From Octopus vulgaris (taxonomy: Eukaryota), in NCBI GenBank assembly GCA_951406725.2, contig OX597817.1, positions 132,060,001 to 132,124,000 of the forward strand: a stretch of 64,000 nucleotides of DNA, written 5' to 3'. Shown here in pieces: positions 15,246 to 29,488 of the stretch; the stretch's first letter is position 1; every line of letters begins with the position of its first letter. Both the position numbers and the translations under genes were made by a program. Below the pieces are notes generated by a model. It did no database searches. It saw only the letters and a program-made list of their open reading frames with translations, and was not told the origin of the DNA.

Positions 15246-15789
15246 CAGTTATAATTTAAGAACTTATACTAACACCATAAAACAGTTCACAACGGATACG
15301 GCGTTCAAATTCCACAAGCGATATTATAAATTTATATCCGTCTTATTCGTAAATATTATTAACTTATATAAACAAGCAGTGCCGTCGGAAATTCCACGAT
15401 TATTTCGAATATTCTAAAATAGGGCTTTATGTTTTTATGATGCATTCATTCTTGAGATGGTATAAAGTACACATAAGTAGTATTGAAAGTGCACTGGATT
15501 CGTATCCCATAGGCTGCCTCCAAATTTTTCTATCCAAAAGAAAATTTCTACCAAGTATTTATCTGCTTTTATTTATAGAGATCCGTTCTTAAAGGAGAAG
15601 TCTTTAATGAAATTGCTAACGAAGGCCAGGACTAATATTCTTTTCTACTCTAGGCACAAGGCCCGAAATAAAAAAATAAAATATGAGTACTGTATCTGGT
15701 TTTCAAATTTTATTTCTTAGAAATCCCGGAGAGAACGAGGTGATCGAAGTTTCAGACAGGTCACAAGGTTCAGAGGCGACAGAAAGATT

Positions 15790-16520
15790 GGCCTAGTTGC
15801 GAGTGGCATCCAAGAGATCAGAAAAGTTCAGTTGGAAGGTATCCACGACGACGGAAAACAATTTAGTTAAGCAATTTCGATCAACATGGATAAGAATGTC
15901 GCAATCAAGACAGTTTTGGAAACGCATTGTGACCAGAGTAATATAACAAGCACCTGTTCGTCTGCTCGACACTGTCATTTCGTAGAGAAATACCGACACC
16001 ACCTCTGAATATGAGATGGTTCCCCGCCATGCCGCGCTCTTTTGACAGGTGCAGCTTACTTGTAAATTCATAATAACACAGAGGAGGTCTTTATCACGCA
16101 GATTGGGAGCCATTATAGACGCGTATGAAATACAGTCAAATCATTAGGCAAACACTTACCCAGCATCTACACTAACCCGAAATCCTGCCAGAGAGACTTT
16201 CTTAGAGTACATTTAGAGTACTTTGATGGAGATCAGAGAACAACGTTTCTATACAGAAAATACCAGCAGCGTGACCCACTTCAGTACAACACCACACTGC
16301 TGGGATGTGCACCATTGGAGAATATGTGCAGAAGGTCAACCACCGTAATACTTCATCTAAATATTGCTTGCCTCTCACTTGTAATAAATACCAGCAGAAG
16401 TAGAACAAAGATACACAGTGACAATCGGGAAAAAGTGAAGACTGCAGTATTAAAAGTCTTTTTGGTAAAAAGATGTTTTCTTTGAGATGGCAATATAGTA
16501 TTCTACCAGACACGCTTGTG
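15790..16520 (-). mobile_element. Highly decayed LINE APE-endonuclease remnant (CR1/L2-like)
   Basis: Scattered motifs GIFCIET (cf. ICLQET) and LDCDILIHVD (cf. GDFNIHVD) in different frames. Confidence 0.35.
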
Positions 16521-16854
16521 CCATGCCTAAAATTTTGGTGCTTCTATGTCGCAGGCTCTATACAAATCTGACCTTCTTAAGGCTGACCAGAGATTCACAG
16601 TAACATTATCCACAAAAAGCTGTCATTTGTGGTCCTTTAGTAATAAATTCTAGAACTCAGTGAAGAGATGCAGTTGAGAGTTTGATTGGCAACAAACGAT
16701 ATCCTTGATGTTGCACAGCAACAGATTTGTTGCTTCGTAAGCTCAGCACAACCAGGTTGTAGATCCATTACAAAATATAAGACCGCGCTGAAACTATTCT
16801 CCATTTCACATCTCTCTTTATGGTACCCTTCATGGTTTCTGTTCTGCCATGATA

Positions 16855-17225
16855 TTCTTTTATTCTTTTACCTGTTTCAGTCAGTTGACTGCGGCCATGC
16901 AGAAGCACCACCTTTAGTCGAGCAAATCGACTTATTCTTTGAAAGCCTAGTACTTATTCTATCGGTCTCTTTTGCCGAACTGCTAGATTACAGGAACTTA
17001 ACCACACCAACATTAGTTGTCAAACGATGGAGGTGGGGGGAAAACACAGACACACAAACATATATATATATATTTATATACGTCGGGCTTCCGTCTACCT
17101 AACCCACTCACAAGGCTTTGATCGGTCCGAAGCTATAGTAGAAGACATTGTCCCAAGGTGCCACGCAGTGGGACTGAACTCGGAATCATGTGGTTGAGAA
17201 GCAAGCTTCTTACCACACAGCTACA
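16855..17225 (-). mobile_element. SINE family A copy
   Basis: Reverse complement of the family A sequence, head to tail. Confidence 0.8.
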
Positions 17226-18122
17226 CTTGTTATATACATGCGCGGACTTAGCTGTGTGGTGAAGAACTTAGATTTACAGCCATCTGGTTTCGGTTTCGGT
17301 TTTAGTCCCAGAGAGCTAAATCTTGGGGCAAGTGCCTAATCTTGTAGCCTCGGTCTGATTAATGCCTGCTGGAGGAAGTTGGTAAACGGTAACTGTGTGT
17401 AAGCTCATCGTATGTGTGTGTGTGTGTGTGTGCGCGCGCATTTGTGTGCATGTGTATGCGTCACTGTATCTGAGCTCGCGTTTGTTACCCTACGCCGCTT
17501 GATAATCGGAGTTTGTTTACATTCCTATAACACAGCGGTTCGGCTAATGTAAGCGATTAAAAGAATAAAAATAATAATCTAAATTAAAAGGCTTCGATTT
17601 CTTCGACTAAACCCTTCCAGATTGTATCACATAATGGTCATCAACTGAAACGAGTGAAAGACAAATAAACGAAAGATAATATTTCAACTGTATTCATTGA
17701 AATCTTGATCAGCGCAATAAGTCATTCAACGAAATTTTGAATAAATTCTAAAGACACACTCTCATATTTAAGATGCGATATTACTTCATGACTTTAGTTT
17801 TATACAGAATTGTATTGATTTTTTAAAAATCTGCATGAGTTGTGTATTTGCTTACAAAATAGAGTAATAATATCCCACTAAATATATGTTTATTAAACAC
17901 GTGGATATTTTCTCCATTTGCATATTTATTGAGGAAGCCATCTTTGATAGACGCTGCGATATTCAATAAAACTTAAGTGTAAAAATTTCAACACTCCGTT
18001 ATCGTTTTAAGAATATGTGCGCGCATGTGAGTGTGTGTGCATGTGTGTGACTGTTTGTTTGTGTATGTATGTGATGTTATGTATATAAATATATATTACA
18101 TATTTGTCTTCTTCTTCTTCTT

Positions 18123-18226
<104 letters not shown>

Positions 18227-18484
18227 TCATCATTATTATTATTATTATTATTATCATAATTATTACTATATTCTTCTCTACATCTTTATTCTCTGTGATT
18301 TATTTGATTAAATATGTGCTAAAATATTTCAAAAACACGATACATAACCATTAGAAGTTGTGGGTATGTTATCCACAAGTTATTGAATTACACGGAATAA
18401 TATTTTCTGTGCAGAACACACATTAACAGTAGTGCAATAATGGGATAAATAAGAAGTTTCAGAGCCTCGACATACTAATGGATA

Positions 18485-18618
<134 letters not shown>

Positions 18619-19383
18619 TATATGAGTGCGTGTGCGTCTGTATATACGTGTGTGCTTGCGTGTATGAGCGTGCTAACATGTATATATATATACCAATACT
18701 CTCACATACCTCCATCATCAGTTGCCCCACAGGTATCATTACGATTTCGGCACCTGGTCAATATATTTCATTCCAGTGGTGTCAATAGCACAAAAATACG
18801 TGGTGTGTTCTTGAGCTAGAATACAACACGTGTTTATTTCAAGTTGCTCCAGTCCACACACCTGTAAATATGAGCTGCGACGTCACTGGTGCCAAGCTGT
18901 ATCGGTCTTTACCTTTCCTTTGTATAACACTGGTGGCGTGGAGAGGGGAGGCCGGTATGCATGGGCGACTACTGGTCTTCCATAAACAATCTTGCCCACT
19001 AGGGTAACTTTGTAGGTGCAATCCCATGGTCATTCATGATCTAAGGGGGTCACCCATATATATACACTCATAAGGCGGCAATCTGGCAGAAACGTTAGCA
19101 TGCCGGGTGAAATGTTTAGCAGTATTTCGTATGTCTTTACGTTCTGAGTTCAAATTCCACCAAGGTAGATTTTTTCTTTTCATCCTTTCGGGGTCGATAA
19201 ATTAAGTACCAGTTACGTACTGGAGTCGATGTAATCGACTGCCTCCCTCCCAAATAATTTCGGGCATTGTGCTTCGATTAGAAAAGTATATATATATATA
19301 TAATACAAATAAGAAAACGGAGGAACAGATTCCTTTCAATCATCAACTTACAGAAAATACCAATTCATATTATTTATTAACTA

Positions 19384-19532
19384 GGCGCAGGAGTGGCTGT
19401 GTGGTAAGTAGCTTGTTCCGGGTTCAGTCCCACTGCGTGGCACCTTGGGCAAGTGTCTTCCACTATAGCCTCGGGCCGACCAATGCCTTGTGAGTGGATT
19501 TGGTAGACGGAAACTGAAAGAAGCCCGTCGTA

Positions 19533-19585
<53 letters not shown>

Positions 19586-19788
19586 TTGTGTGTCTGTGTT
19601 TGTCCCCCTGGCATTGCTTGACAACCGATGCTGGTGTTTTTATGTCCCCGTTACTTAGCGGTTCGGCAAAGAGACCGATAGAATAAGCAATGGGCTTACA
19701 AAAGAATAAGTCCCGCGGTCGAGTTGCTCGATTAAAGGCGGTGCTCCAGCATGGTCGCAGTGAAATGACTGAAACAAGTAAAAGAGTA
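19384..19788 (+). mobile_element. tRNA-derived SINE family A (CORE-like block, internal TA/TG microsatellite); representative copy
   Basis: ggcgcaggagtggctgtgtgg (A box), ggttcagtcc (B box), ccttgggcaagtgtctt CORE-like block, tail ggcggtgctccagcatgg...actgaaacaagtaaaaga. Further copies near 7419+, 7563-, 9169-, 9449+, 17262+, 40866+, 43135-, 45425-, 46818-, 48165-, 49790-, 51275+, 55757+. Confidence 0.85.
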
Positions 19789-20059
19789 CTTAGATAGGAA
19801 CATCCAAATCCAACAGAATAAAACAATATACATCAATAAGTAAGGTAATACCATAAAAATAATACATATAAAATGGATCTAACAGCTGTAGATAAAGGTA
19901 TCTCATTGTGCCTATATTAGTCATATGTATTGAAGTAATATGCACTTGAAAATGAGTTACTTATATATATATATATCAAGGCCTCGGCAGAGATTATAAA
20001 GTACAACTATAAAAATATAAAATGCAAATATAATTATGAAACAAAATACATATACACAA

Positions 20060-20103
<44 letters not shown>

Positions 20104-20840
20104 TATATACATATAATATGAGATATATATATAATATACATACATATATATATATATATATATTTAAAAGGAGATGTGGAACACGAGTTGTGATATATCG
20201 CCAGAAAAAAAGGTCCTTTAAATGAAGAAAATGCTGACGGAAAATAATTTAAGTAAGAGAGAGTGTATTTAATTAGGTGAAAGTTCTTTTTACCGGTTGC
20301 GCATTTGTTATAGCTTATCAAAAGATATTTTTTTCGAAAAGAGATAGAGTTCCTTTCTGATAGATATTTTTTCTCCATAATATATATATATATATATATG
20401 GCACTCACACCCAGTCTCGGTAACGAGTCACATCTGAAGGTACGTCATAATTTAACCAATTTCTCCTCTACTGAATACATTGTAGCGGAAATGAGAGAGT
20501 TGCGACTTTGCGTCGATACAATGTAAGTCTCACAGAGATCGTGCAGGATATTCATATATAGATTTTCAAGCAAAATACATTTGCTGATTTCGAAAATCTG
20601 TTCGACAGCAATAATAATTCTCTAAATGAGATATATACAGTAACTGCTCCATAACATAAGGGACTAAAGCCATCTGAATATGGCTAGGGACAGGGCAGGG
20701 TGGTGGGGGTTTACTGTTGCATTTAGCCCCAGGCGAACATCGACGTCGTTTATATAACCATTAACGATTCAAAATGAAAGTTATTTTTTTACGTGCCAAT
20801 CTCAGCTTGTATGCACAAATACACACACACACACACACAT

Positions 20841-20871
<31 letters not shown>

Positions 20872-21868
20872 TACGCGCGCGCGCGCACACACACACACAC
20901 ACATACATACACAGTCGTTGATTCATACATACACATAAAACACAAACAGGCATGCACCCATATACACATCTATATACATGCACACATATGGACACATACA
21001 AGCACCCACCAATACACGTGATCATACATAACACATACAGTATACATACACACACACACACACACAGCACATTTGCATGCACATACACTCACTTATACTC
21101 ACATGCCCTTACGCATTTTGTTTATTAACTGATTAAAGAACGTATTAACAAATATGTGTACGTGCACACACATGTACACAAGTATACACTCGTGCACAAA
21201 CACACGCAGGTATGGACGGCAACTGATTCCTAAAAAAGTAATAGGTTCTCATTCTGCCTATTTTTATTTCTCTCTCATTCGCTGCGTCTATGTGTATATC
21301 TATGTATCTGTAACCATGTGTTTGTGAGCGAATGAAGTAAGGTGTATATATTGGCTTCAAATTTTGGCACAGGGCCAGCAATTTCGTGCTAAGGGGTTAA
21401 GTGTATTACACCAACGTCAATGGTCAACTGGTAATTATTTTATCGACCACGAGAAGATGAAAAGCAAAGTCGCTCTCGTTGGAGTTTGAACTCAGAACAT
21501 AAAGACAGACGAAAGGCCGCTCAGCCATTCGCTAGGCGTGCTAACGATTCTGCCTTGTTATACTTTACTTCTTGCATTGGGTAATGCTCCCCTAATGTTT
21601 ATAACTAAGGTCAGAGAAAATTGTATTTGATATGTTGTTAAATAAATAGCGTTAACTAGATATTTAAACAACCAGAAGACTAGGTAGATTGATAGATTGA
21701 TTGATAGGGGGGGGGGGTCAATAAATAGAGAGAGAGAGAGAGAGAGAGGCAAATAGATATGAATGTAGGTATGTAGAACATGTATGTTTATATAAACTTA
21801 CCCAAAATACCTACGTATCACTCGTTCACGCACATACATAGACAAATATATATATATAATATATACAT

Positions 21869-21914
<46 letters not shown>

Positions 21915-22091
21915 GCGTGTGTGTGTGTCGGTGTATATATATTTATATATACACATATATATGTATGTATATATATATATATATATAATAAATATTAGGG
22001 AATAAATCCAAATTTACAGGGAAAAAATCAGATTTAGGATTAAATCCAATTTTATAGTAAAATATTATATAATATTATTAGAGACAAAACC

Positions 22092-22191
22092 ACTATTTTG
22101 CAAAACAAACAAGGAAAGACTTAATCAATACATAAAATATTAAAATTTTATGTATTGATTAAGTCTTTCCTTGTTTGTTTTGCAAAATAGT
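22092..22191. repeat. Perfect 47-bp inverted repeat with a 6-nt loop
   Basis: 22092-22138 is the exact reverse complement of 22145-22191; loop attaaa. Confidence 0.95.
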
Positions 22192-22204
22192 ATATTTTGT
22201 ATAT

Positions 22205-22253
<49 letters not shown>

Positions 22254-22705
22254 TGTACGTATGTATATATGGTATTTGTGTATATGTATGTATATTTTAT
22301 AAAAGCTCGTTTGAATATTGTCTTTACCACGCTATGTACCATCCCGAGGGCGATAAAAAGATTCAGCTCTCTAACACATGTACGATCGTACAAAATGCTG
22401 TAACGGAGTAGAGACATCGAACGAATAAATAAGCCGCACATGTATAGGAAACTCATTCTCATCTTTCCACATTTATTTTACACATGTGTGTGCGTGTATG
22501 TGTGTATGTCTGTTTGTGCCTCTGTGTGTGTGTATGTTTGTGCGTGTGTCTCTGTCTTTTATACGTGAGTGCGTTAGTGTTTTTTACGTGCGTTTTTTGT
22601 GTATATGAGCTTGTATGTATATTCCTGCTGATGTTTGTATATTATGAATACGTGAGCATACTTGCGCCTGTACATTACATGTCTGTGTGGTTTACTACTT
22701 AGTAC

Positions 22706-23010
<305 letters not shown>

Positions 23011-23279
23011 CATATGCACATGAGCGCATATACACGCGCCCACGCACACACACGCACACACACATATGTAGAACCGATCTTGTTCATGTTTCTTACATGT
23101 TTTACTTCCAAGCCACTTTCTTCTGTTTTTATTTTTAATTTTATTAACTTTGTTATAATAAACAGAGGAAATTAGCAAAAGGGATTTGTTTCTCGGGGTT
23201 GTTTTCTTTTTTTTTTTTTTTTTTGTATTTTCTGTCCTCTTTTCTGTATTTGAAAACGTTGCTATGGTAACTATTTCAG

Positions 23280-23487
23280 CTTGTCACCCGGATAGTGGAT
23301 AACCTGCTGAACAGAAGAAATGAAGTCGGGTGGAATGCTACTGAGCCGAGCGGAACGGAGGGCGAAGCATTGATGTCAGTTATGCGTAACTTTTCCGAAG
23401 TTATATCTCGAAGACTGGAATATCATGTTAAAGACAGGAAGCTGTCAAAAGGGGAAGCAATGATACGGCAGTCAAAAGCTAACATTT
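23280..23487 (+). CDS. Internal coding exon of the same putative adhesion GPCR (GAIN subdomain A helices)
   Basis: ctatttcag| acceptor, |gtaagt donor; 208 nt, phase 0-1: LVTRIVDNLLNRRNEVGWNATEPSGTEGEALMSVMRNFSEVISRRLEYHVKDRKLSKGEAMIRQSKANI; the VDNLL...W...L...F pattern matches latrophilin/BAI GAIN domains. Confidence 0.88.
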
Positions 23488-24696
23488 GTAAGTTCGACTA
23501 CTTTTGTTTTATTTTGTTGCTTTTTTTTTTTTTGCTTTTGCAGTTTTTTTCTACTTCTGTGCGTTGTTTGTTCAAAATGAAAATGGTTTAATTAACAAAC
23601 GTAGTCATCTTATTTGTGAACACAACTGATTTTGAGTGTAAAAATGTTGCGTCGGTTATAATTAAAAATGTTGGTTCGGTTATAATTAATTACATTTGTT
23701 TACAAGTAATCGTTACATAGATTACATAATACTTCCTTTTTCCGAGCTGAGATTCGAAAGCGAATCTAAGTATTCTCGCTCGTCTGATCCACCCTGATCC
23801 ACCACTGGCCAAACAGGCGCGAAAGAAATTTCTTTATCCTGTCAAAAAGTGATGGATCATTTCCCCTTCGACCTACGACCTGAGCCGTGTCGGTTAAGGT
23901 TCAAGTGGACAGGAGGCGACCTACATAGGTAGGAATTACTACTGTGGTATGTCAGTCCTTCTAGCTGTCATGACCATTATAAATACAGTCAGACATACGA
24001 GAGGATGAAAATAATACTGTAATTCTTCATCCTTCTTTAGGATGTCTTGTTTATATATTATGTATTTATGTATGCAGGTATGTATGTATGTATGTATGTA
24101 TGTATGTATGTATGTATATATATATCTGTCCGTATGTATGTATATATGTCTGTATGTATATATGTCTGTCTGTATGTATGTATGTATGTTTGCATGTATG
24201 TATGTATGTATATCTTTAGTTTTATTTCAAGATTTTTTTGTTGCCAATAGAGAAAAAGACGGTTTCTAACCTAGATTCAAGACTCCTTTATTGGAATTTC
24301 AACATGGGCAATATGGTATTTTTGTTTGTTTGAATGTATGTATGTATGTATGTATGCTACTAGAGAAAGAGCCGTCCTCCAACCCAGATCCAACGCTCCT
24401 TCACCGGAATCTCAACAACAACAACAGGGCATTTTTGTATGCATGTATGTATGTAAACATACGTGCAATTTTGTATGTTTTGTTTTATGTATGTATTCTC
24501 ATGCATATAGTTGCATGTCTAGACATGCTCATATATATTTAAATGATAAACTTCTGAAAAGTTCTACAGACTTTTACAGTTCCGTGATGGCTTGGATCTG
24601 TAGTCTTCGAGTTAGATTTCTCCATATGTATGTCTGTGCGTATGTATGTATGTATGTATGTATGTATGTATGTATGTATGTATGTATGTATGTATG

Positions 24697-24727
<31 letters not shown>

Positions 24728-24805
24728 GTATGCATGTATGTCTGCATGTATGTGCTTCTGTGTGTATGTGTCATGATTACTGTTATTTTTATTACTATTA
24801 TTAAG

Positions 24806-25400
24806 AAGGCGGTGGCCTAGCGCAATCGCTACTGTGTAGCAGAAAATGCTTAGCGCTTTTTCTTCCGCCTCATTACATTCTGAGCTCAAATTCTGCCGAG
24901 GTTGACTTTGCCTTTCATCCATTCGGGGGTCGTAAAATAAGTAGCAATTGAGAACTAAGGTCGATGCAATTGACCCGCCAGCCACTTCCCACAAACGGTC
25001 AGCCTTTGAACCTATATTCTTTTCCTTTCTACTCTAGGCGCAAAGCCCGAAATTTTGGAGGAGTGGGGGCCAGTCGATTAGATCGACTCTAGTGCGAAAC
25101 TGGTACTTATTTAATCGACTCCGAAAGGATGAAAGGCAAAGTTGACTTCGGCCGAATTTGAACTCAGAACACGAAGACAGTCGAAATACTGCTAAGTATT
25201 TCGCCCGGCGTGTTAACGTTTCTGCCTGCTCGCCACCTTCTTGTGAACCTATATTAGAAACATGGCGGTGAGCTGGTAAGATGGTTTTCGCGCTGAACAA
25301 AATACGTAGCGACATTTTTTGCGATTTTACATTCCGAGCTCAAATAACGTCCAGGTCGACTTTCTTATATTTCGGGGTCTATGAAGTAGGCACCATATCA
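24806..25400. mobile_element. Three SINE family B copies in +/-/+ orientation
   Basis: About 24806-25015 (+), 25020-25242 (-), 25263-25400 (+). Confidence 0.75.
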
Positions 25401-25444
25401 GCACTGACACCCACAACTGATTTCAGGCCTAGGATTATTATTAT

Positions 25445-26500
25445 TGTTGTCCTAGTATCAGGCAGAGTTCTACTGCATCCCCTGCTGCACATCTATGTTG
25501 CTTAGGTGTATGAGTGCAGCATTGTGAATTTTTCTGTTGGATATCCGACCTGTAGTGTACATGTTGTGGGAGTTGTTTTTTTTTTTTTATCGGATATTTA
25601 CTGTACAGAGTGTCCTGTGTTTGTATATTGTTTTATTTGGGTTGCACTATTAAATTGATAATGACTTCCGTAGGATGTAGGCAGTTCCCAGCAGGGCTAC
25701 TTTTTGGATATTGTGTAGTGTTGAGTGTCCAGGTATAGATCCTATGTTTTTGTTCTCACGGTTTTTTTTTATTATAGTCAAATCTCCTGTCTATCAGTAA
25801 GCAGGTATTTCTTTCTCGATCCTTGATTGTTATGTCTGGACGATTAGCCTTTATTTCTTTGTCAGCTTGAACAGGTATATTGCAGGTTTTCACCTGATCG
25901 TTGTCATTTACCTTGTTTTGCACATGTTTATACCATTTCCTGTTAGTTTTTATGCTCTAGTTTGGTATGTTGTCCAGTGGATATAAATATTTATTTTGCC
26001 ATGTCCGCATGTACATTGGACAGCCAAAGATGATGTTGACAACTATCTCGTTGTGCAGGTTGAAAATTTTGCACTTCTTATTAAGACATGCTTTCATTAT
26101 TTTGCTTTTATAGTTGTTTCTGGTCAGGCATTGATCTTGTGCAGAGAGAATCAGTCCTTCCGTTTCTGCATTTAGTCCAGATCTTTTGAGCCACTGCTGG
26201 CTTTTACTTAGGGTGACTTCTCTGTGAAGCCTTGCTGGGTATTGGTTGAGGTTCCCATTAATTCTTTACTATATTTTGTAGTTCTGTTTCCATGTTTTTT
26301 TTGTGATTTGGAATGGGTGGGTTCTTTTTGTCTCTTTCACCATTTCTGCAATGTTGTCTTCTGAGATCAGTTTATCAGCGCGGTTTGTTTCTGTATTGTA
26401 TTTTATCACCTCCTCCTTTGGTAAACAAACAGGCGTTTCCTCTTCTTCCTTTTGCTTTATTAAATATAATAGTCCTCCACTTTTTGCTTCTAAGTATTTT
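25445..26500 (-). mobile_element. R4/Dong-like RLE non-LTR retrotransposon 3' remnant
   Basis: Minus-strand motifs AQDQ, NRPDI and IQKVALLGTAYILRK; the 3' end abuts (ATT)n. Confidence 0.75.
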
Positions 26501-26575
26501 GCTAGTACTACTGTTGTTGTTGTTATTGTTTTTGCTTTTTGCTGTTGTCTGTTATTTTTCTTTGCTCTTCCTCCT

Positions 26576-26678
<103 letters not shown>

Positions 26679-27919
26679 GTTATTAGCTATATAAAATAAC
26701 TTTAGTGAAAGAAGATTAACAAAGACATAATGAAAAAAGCTTTCGTGCAACCACTCATCATTCGCTGTTTTCAGCTTTTCATGCACACGAATTACATAGA
26801 CACAGAGTGTATATAAATGCACACACACACACACACACAGACATATACACATATATACGTATACATACTTACTTATATATATATATATATACTGAGATGT
26901 AGAGAGTGAAGGGAAAAAAATACTTTGATAAACCGAACTCTAATGAAAAGTTGGTGTATTTTTTTTATCTCTGTGTTTTATGTTCCTCCGAAGAAAATCA
27001 TAAGGTGTTTACCAAATTAAATTAATTGTTTGGGAAGTTTCAGAGTAGCTTAGTTAATCGTTGACAAGATGAAAGCATTATCAGAAGATTTTTTTTCGTA
27101 AGAAGAGCTCAGGTAATGTTTTTATTGACTATGTAGGTGTCTAATTATTTTAATGGGAGAAATTTCAAATGATTGATTCAATTTTGTTGCTAGTAATTAT
27201 TTTTATAAAAACGTCTTTTACTTGATAATAAATCAGAAATGTCAAACGGCTTAGAAAATGACAATAAAGTATTTAGTTACGCTGGTCACGGTTTGTGACC
27301 TCTTGTACTAATTACTGACCTTTTTATGTTTCCAGTAATTTGCGAAAGGTTTCAAGTTCAAAGGCATCGAACTAAAATACATCTGAGGTTAAATTGATCA
27401 TTTTTATTTTAATAGTTCGATCTGCGGTAAAGGCTGTACCCGTAGCTATCGCAGGCGTTGTTAAACCGGTGACACGATGAGGTTATTGTTTTTTTCTGAA
27501 CAAGCAGAAATCGATGACTGAAGGAAAATTATGATAATAAGAAACAATTATATCAGGGTGAGTGTGTAAGAAGAATTGTGTTGGGTCCATAATGTGAGAC
27601 CTAGGGTGTGGGATTATATGATATAAGTGATCACATTAGGAATGATGAATCTTTCGGGTGGGCCCGGATGGAATTGATATGAGACCAACGATCTCTGTGT
27701 AGCAGGGATATGGTTGGGACAGAAGCAGCAGAATGATTAGATAGCATGACGCTGGTCCATGAAATGGTCACTGACCCCATGCTAACCAGTGGGAGGTGGG
27801 GTCAGATTTGAGGGTAGTCAGAGTTATAATAAACAGAAACTATTCATTATAGTTAGGTTTATCATAGGGCTCACATTTCCCCCTCTCTCTTTCTCTTTCT
27901 CTCTCTTTATATATACATA

Positions 27920-28335
27920 AATTCTTTTATTCTTTTATGCTTTTACTTGTTTCAGTCAGTTGACTGCGGCCATGCAGGAGCACCGCCTTTAGTCGAGCAA
28001 AACAACCCCAGGACTTATTCTTGTAAGTCTAGTACTTATTCTATCGGTATCTTTTGCCGAACCGCTAAGTTACGGGGATGTAAACACACCACCATCGGTT
28101 GTCAAATGATATTAGGGGGGAAACACACAGATACACTAACATATACACAAACACACACACACACTTACACAAATATATATATATATGACTGGCTTCTTTC
28201 AGTTTCCATCTACGAAGTCCACTCACAAGGCTTTGGTTGACCCTAAGCTATAGAAGAAGACACTTGCCCAAGGTGCCACGCAGTAGGACTGAACCCGTAA
28301 CCATGTGGTTGGTAAGCAAGCTAATTACATCACAG
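27920..28335 (-). mobile_element. SINE family A copy
   Basis: Reverse complement of family A, from tacttgtttcagtca to ccatgtggttggtaagcaag. Confidence 0.8.
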
Positions 28336-28387
28336 TTAATCCTGTGTGTGTATGTAAGCATATATGCATATATGTATAGAATGTACA

Positions 28388-28423
<36 letters not shown>

Positions 28424-28502
28424 TACAAACATACACACATACACACATAATACATACATACATACATACATACATACATACATACATACATACATACATA
28501 CA

Positions 28503-28533
<31 letters not shown>

Positions 28534-28924
28534 GTATATGTGTCATGCCCGTTATAGCTATTTTTCCTCTATAAATTCGAATGTCAGTTTTTAATCTACC
28601 ACTAATTCCAAAAATGGTGGTTGGACACGTCATCATCCAGGTATTATTCAAACCCCAAAGAATTCCTCTCAATATACGGCTATGATGCCCCCCCCCACTA
28701 CTCCTGCTCGTAATCAGAGATGCATATATCGTCAGCCACTACGGGACATGCTCCGCTGGTTAAGGTCAAGCAAGTGACAAGCAAATCTGTGGTATGGAGC
28801 AGAATATTTGTTGTAGCTGTAGTGTATCTTTTACACTAAAACGAATCTTGAACATCCTAACGCTTCCAATCAACTTCGAAACTATGTGAGCTGCTGACTG
28901 GTATTGCATCGAGGCATTATTATT

Positions 28925-29232
28925 ATAGACGTCGCACAGTATGAAATATCGTGATGTTGTTCATTGACGATATTGTATCTACCAGGAGTTTGTACTGTTT
29001 GTCAAGTCATAACAAGGACCTCAGACAGACAATACTTTACACAATATGCGTGCAATTCCATGTAATGCCGACTCTTGCAATACATCTAGATTGTAGGGTA
29101 TTTCTAAGGTTTTCAGATGTTTTTCCAGATTGGGTGGTATTGAACCCAATGCTCCGATGACAATAGGGATGACCTTTATGTTCAACTCTCGTAGCTGTCG
29201 CATCTTAGCGACCTCAATTGTCAGGTCTCCAT
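28925..29232 (-). mobile_element. R4/Dong-like LINE 3' end
   Basis: KVIPIVIGALGSIP...LQESALHGIARILCKVL; bounded by (ATT)n on both sides. Confidence 0.75.
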
Positions 29233-29437
29233 ATTATTGTTGTTATTATTATTATTATTATTATTAATATTATTATTATTATTATTATTATTATCATCAT
29301 TATTATTATTACGAAGATGTACTTGCATAGCAAGTGACGTGATCTAAGATCGTGTGCCGAAACAAAAACAATCGCAGCGGGGAAGGTGTTTATAAACACA
29401 CAAAAACCGTTAGATTCACTTCAACATTTAAATTTAA

Positions 29438-29488
29438 TTTGTCAAAATATTTTCGTCGCTTTGAAACTGCGACCTGTTCACAGACAAA
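29438..29488 (-). ncRNA. Hammerhead-like motif with a G3:C8 core swap
   Basis: Minus strand: tttgtc-t-GTGAACA-g-gtcgc-agtttcaaa-gcgac-GAAA-atat-T-T-t-gacaaa; stem I tttgtc/gacaaa, 5-bp stem II, palindromic stem III AATATT. Confidence 0.55.
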
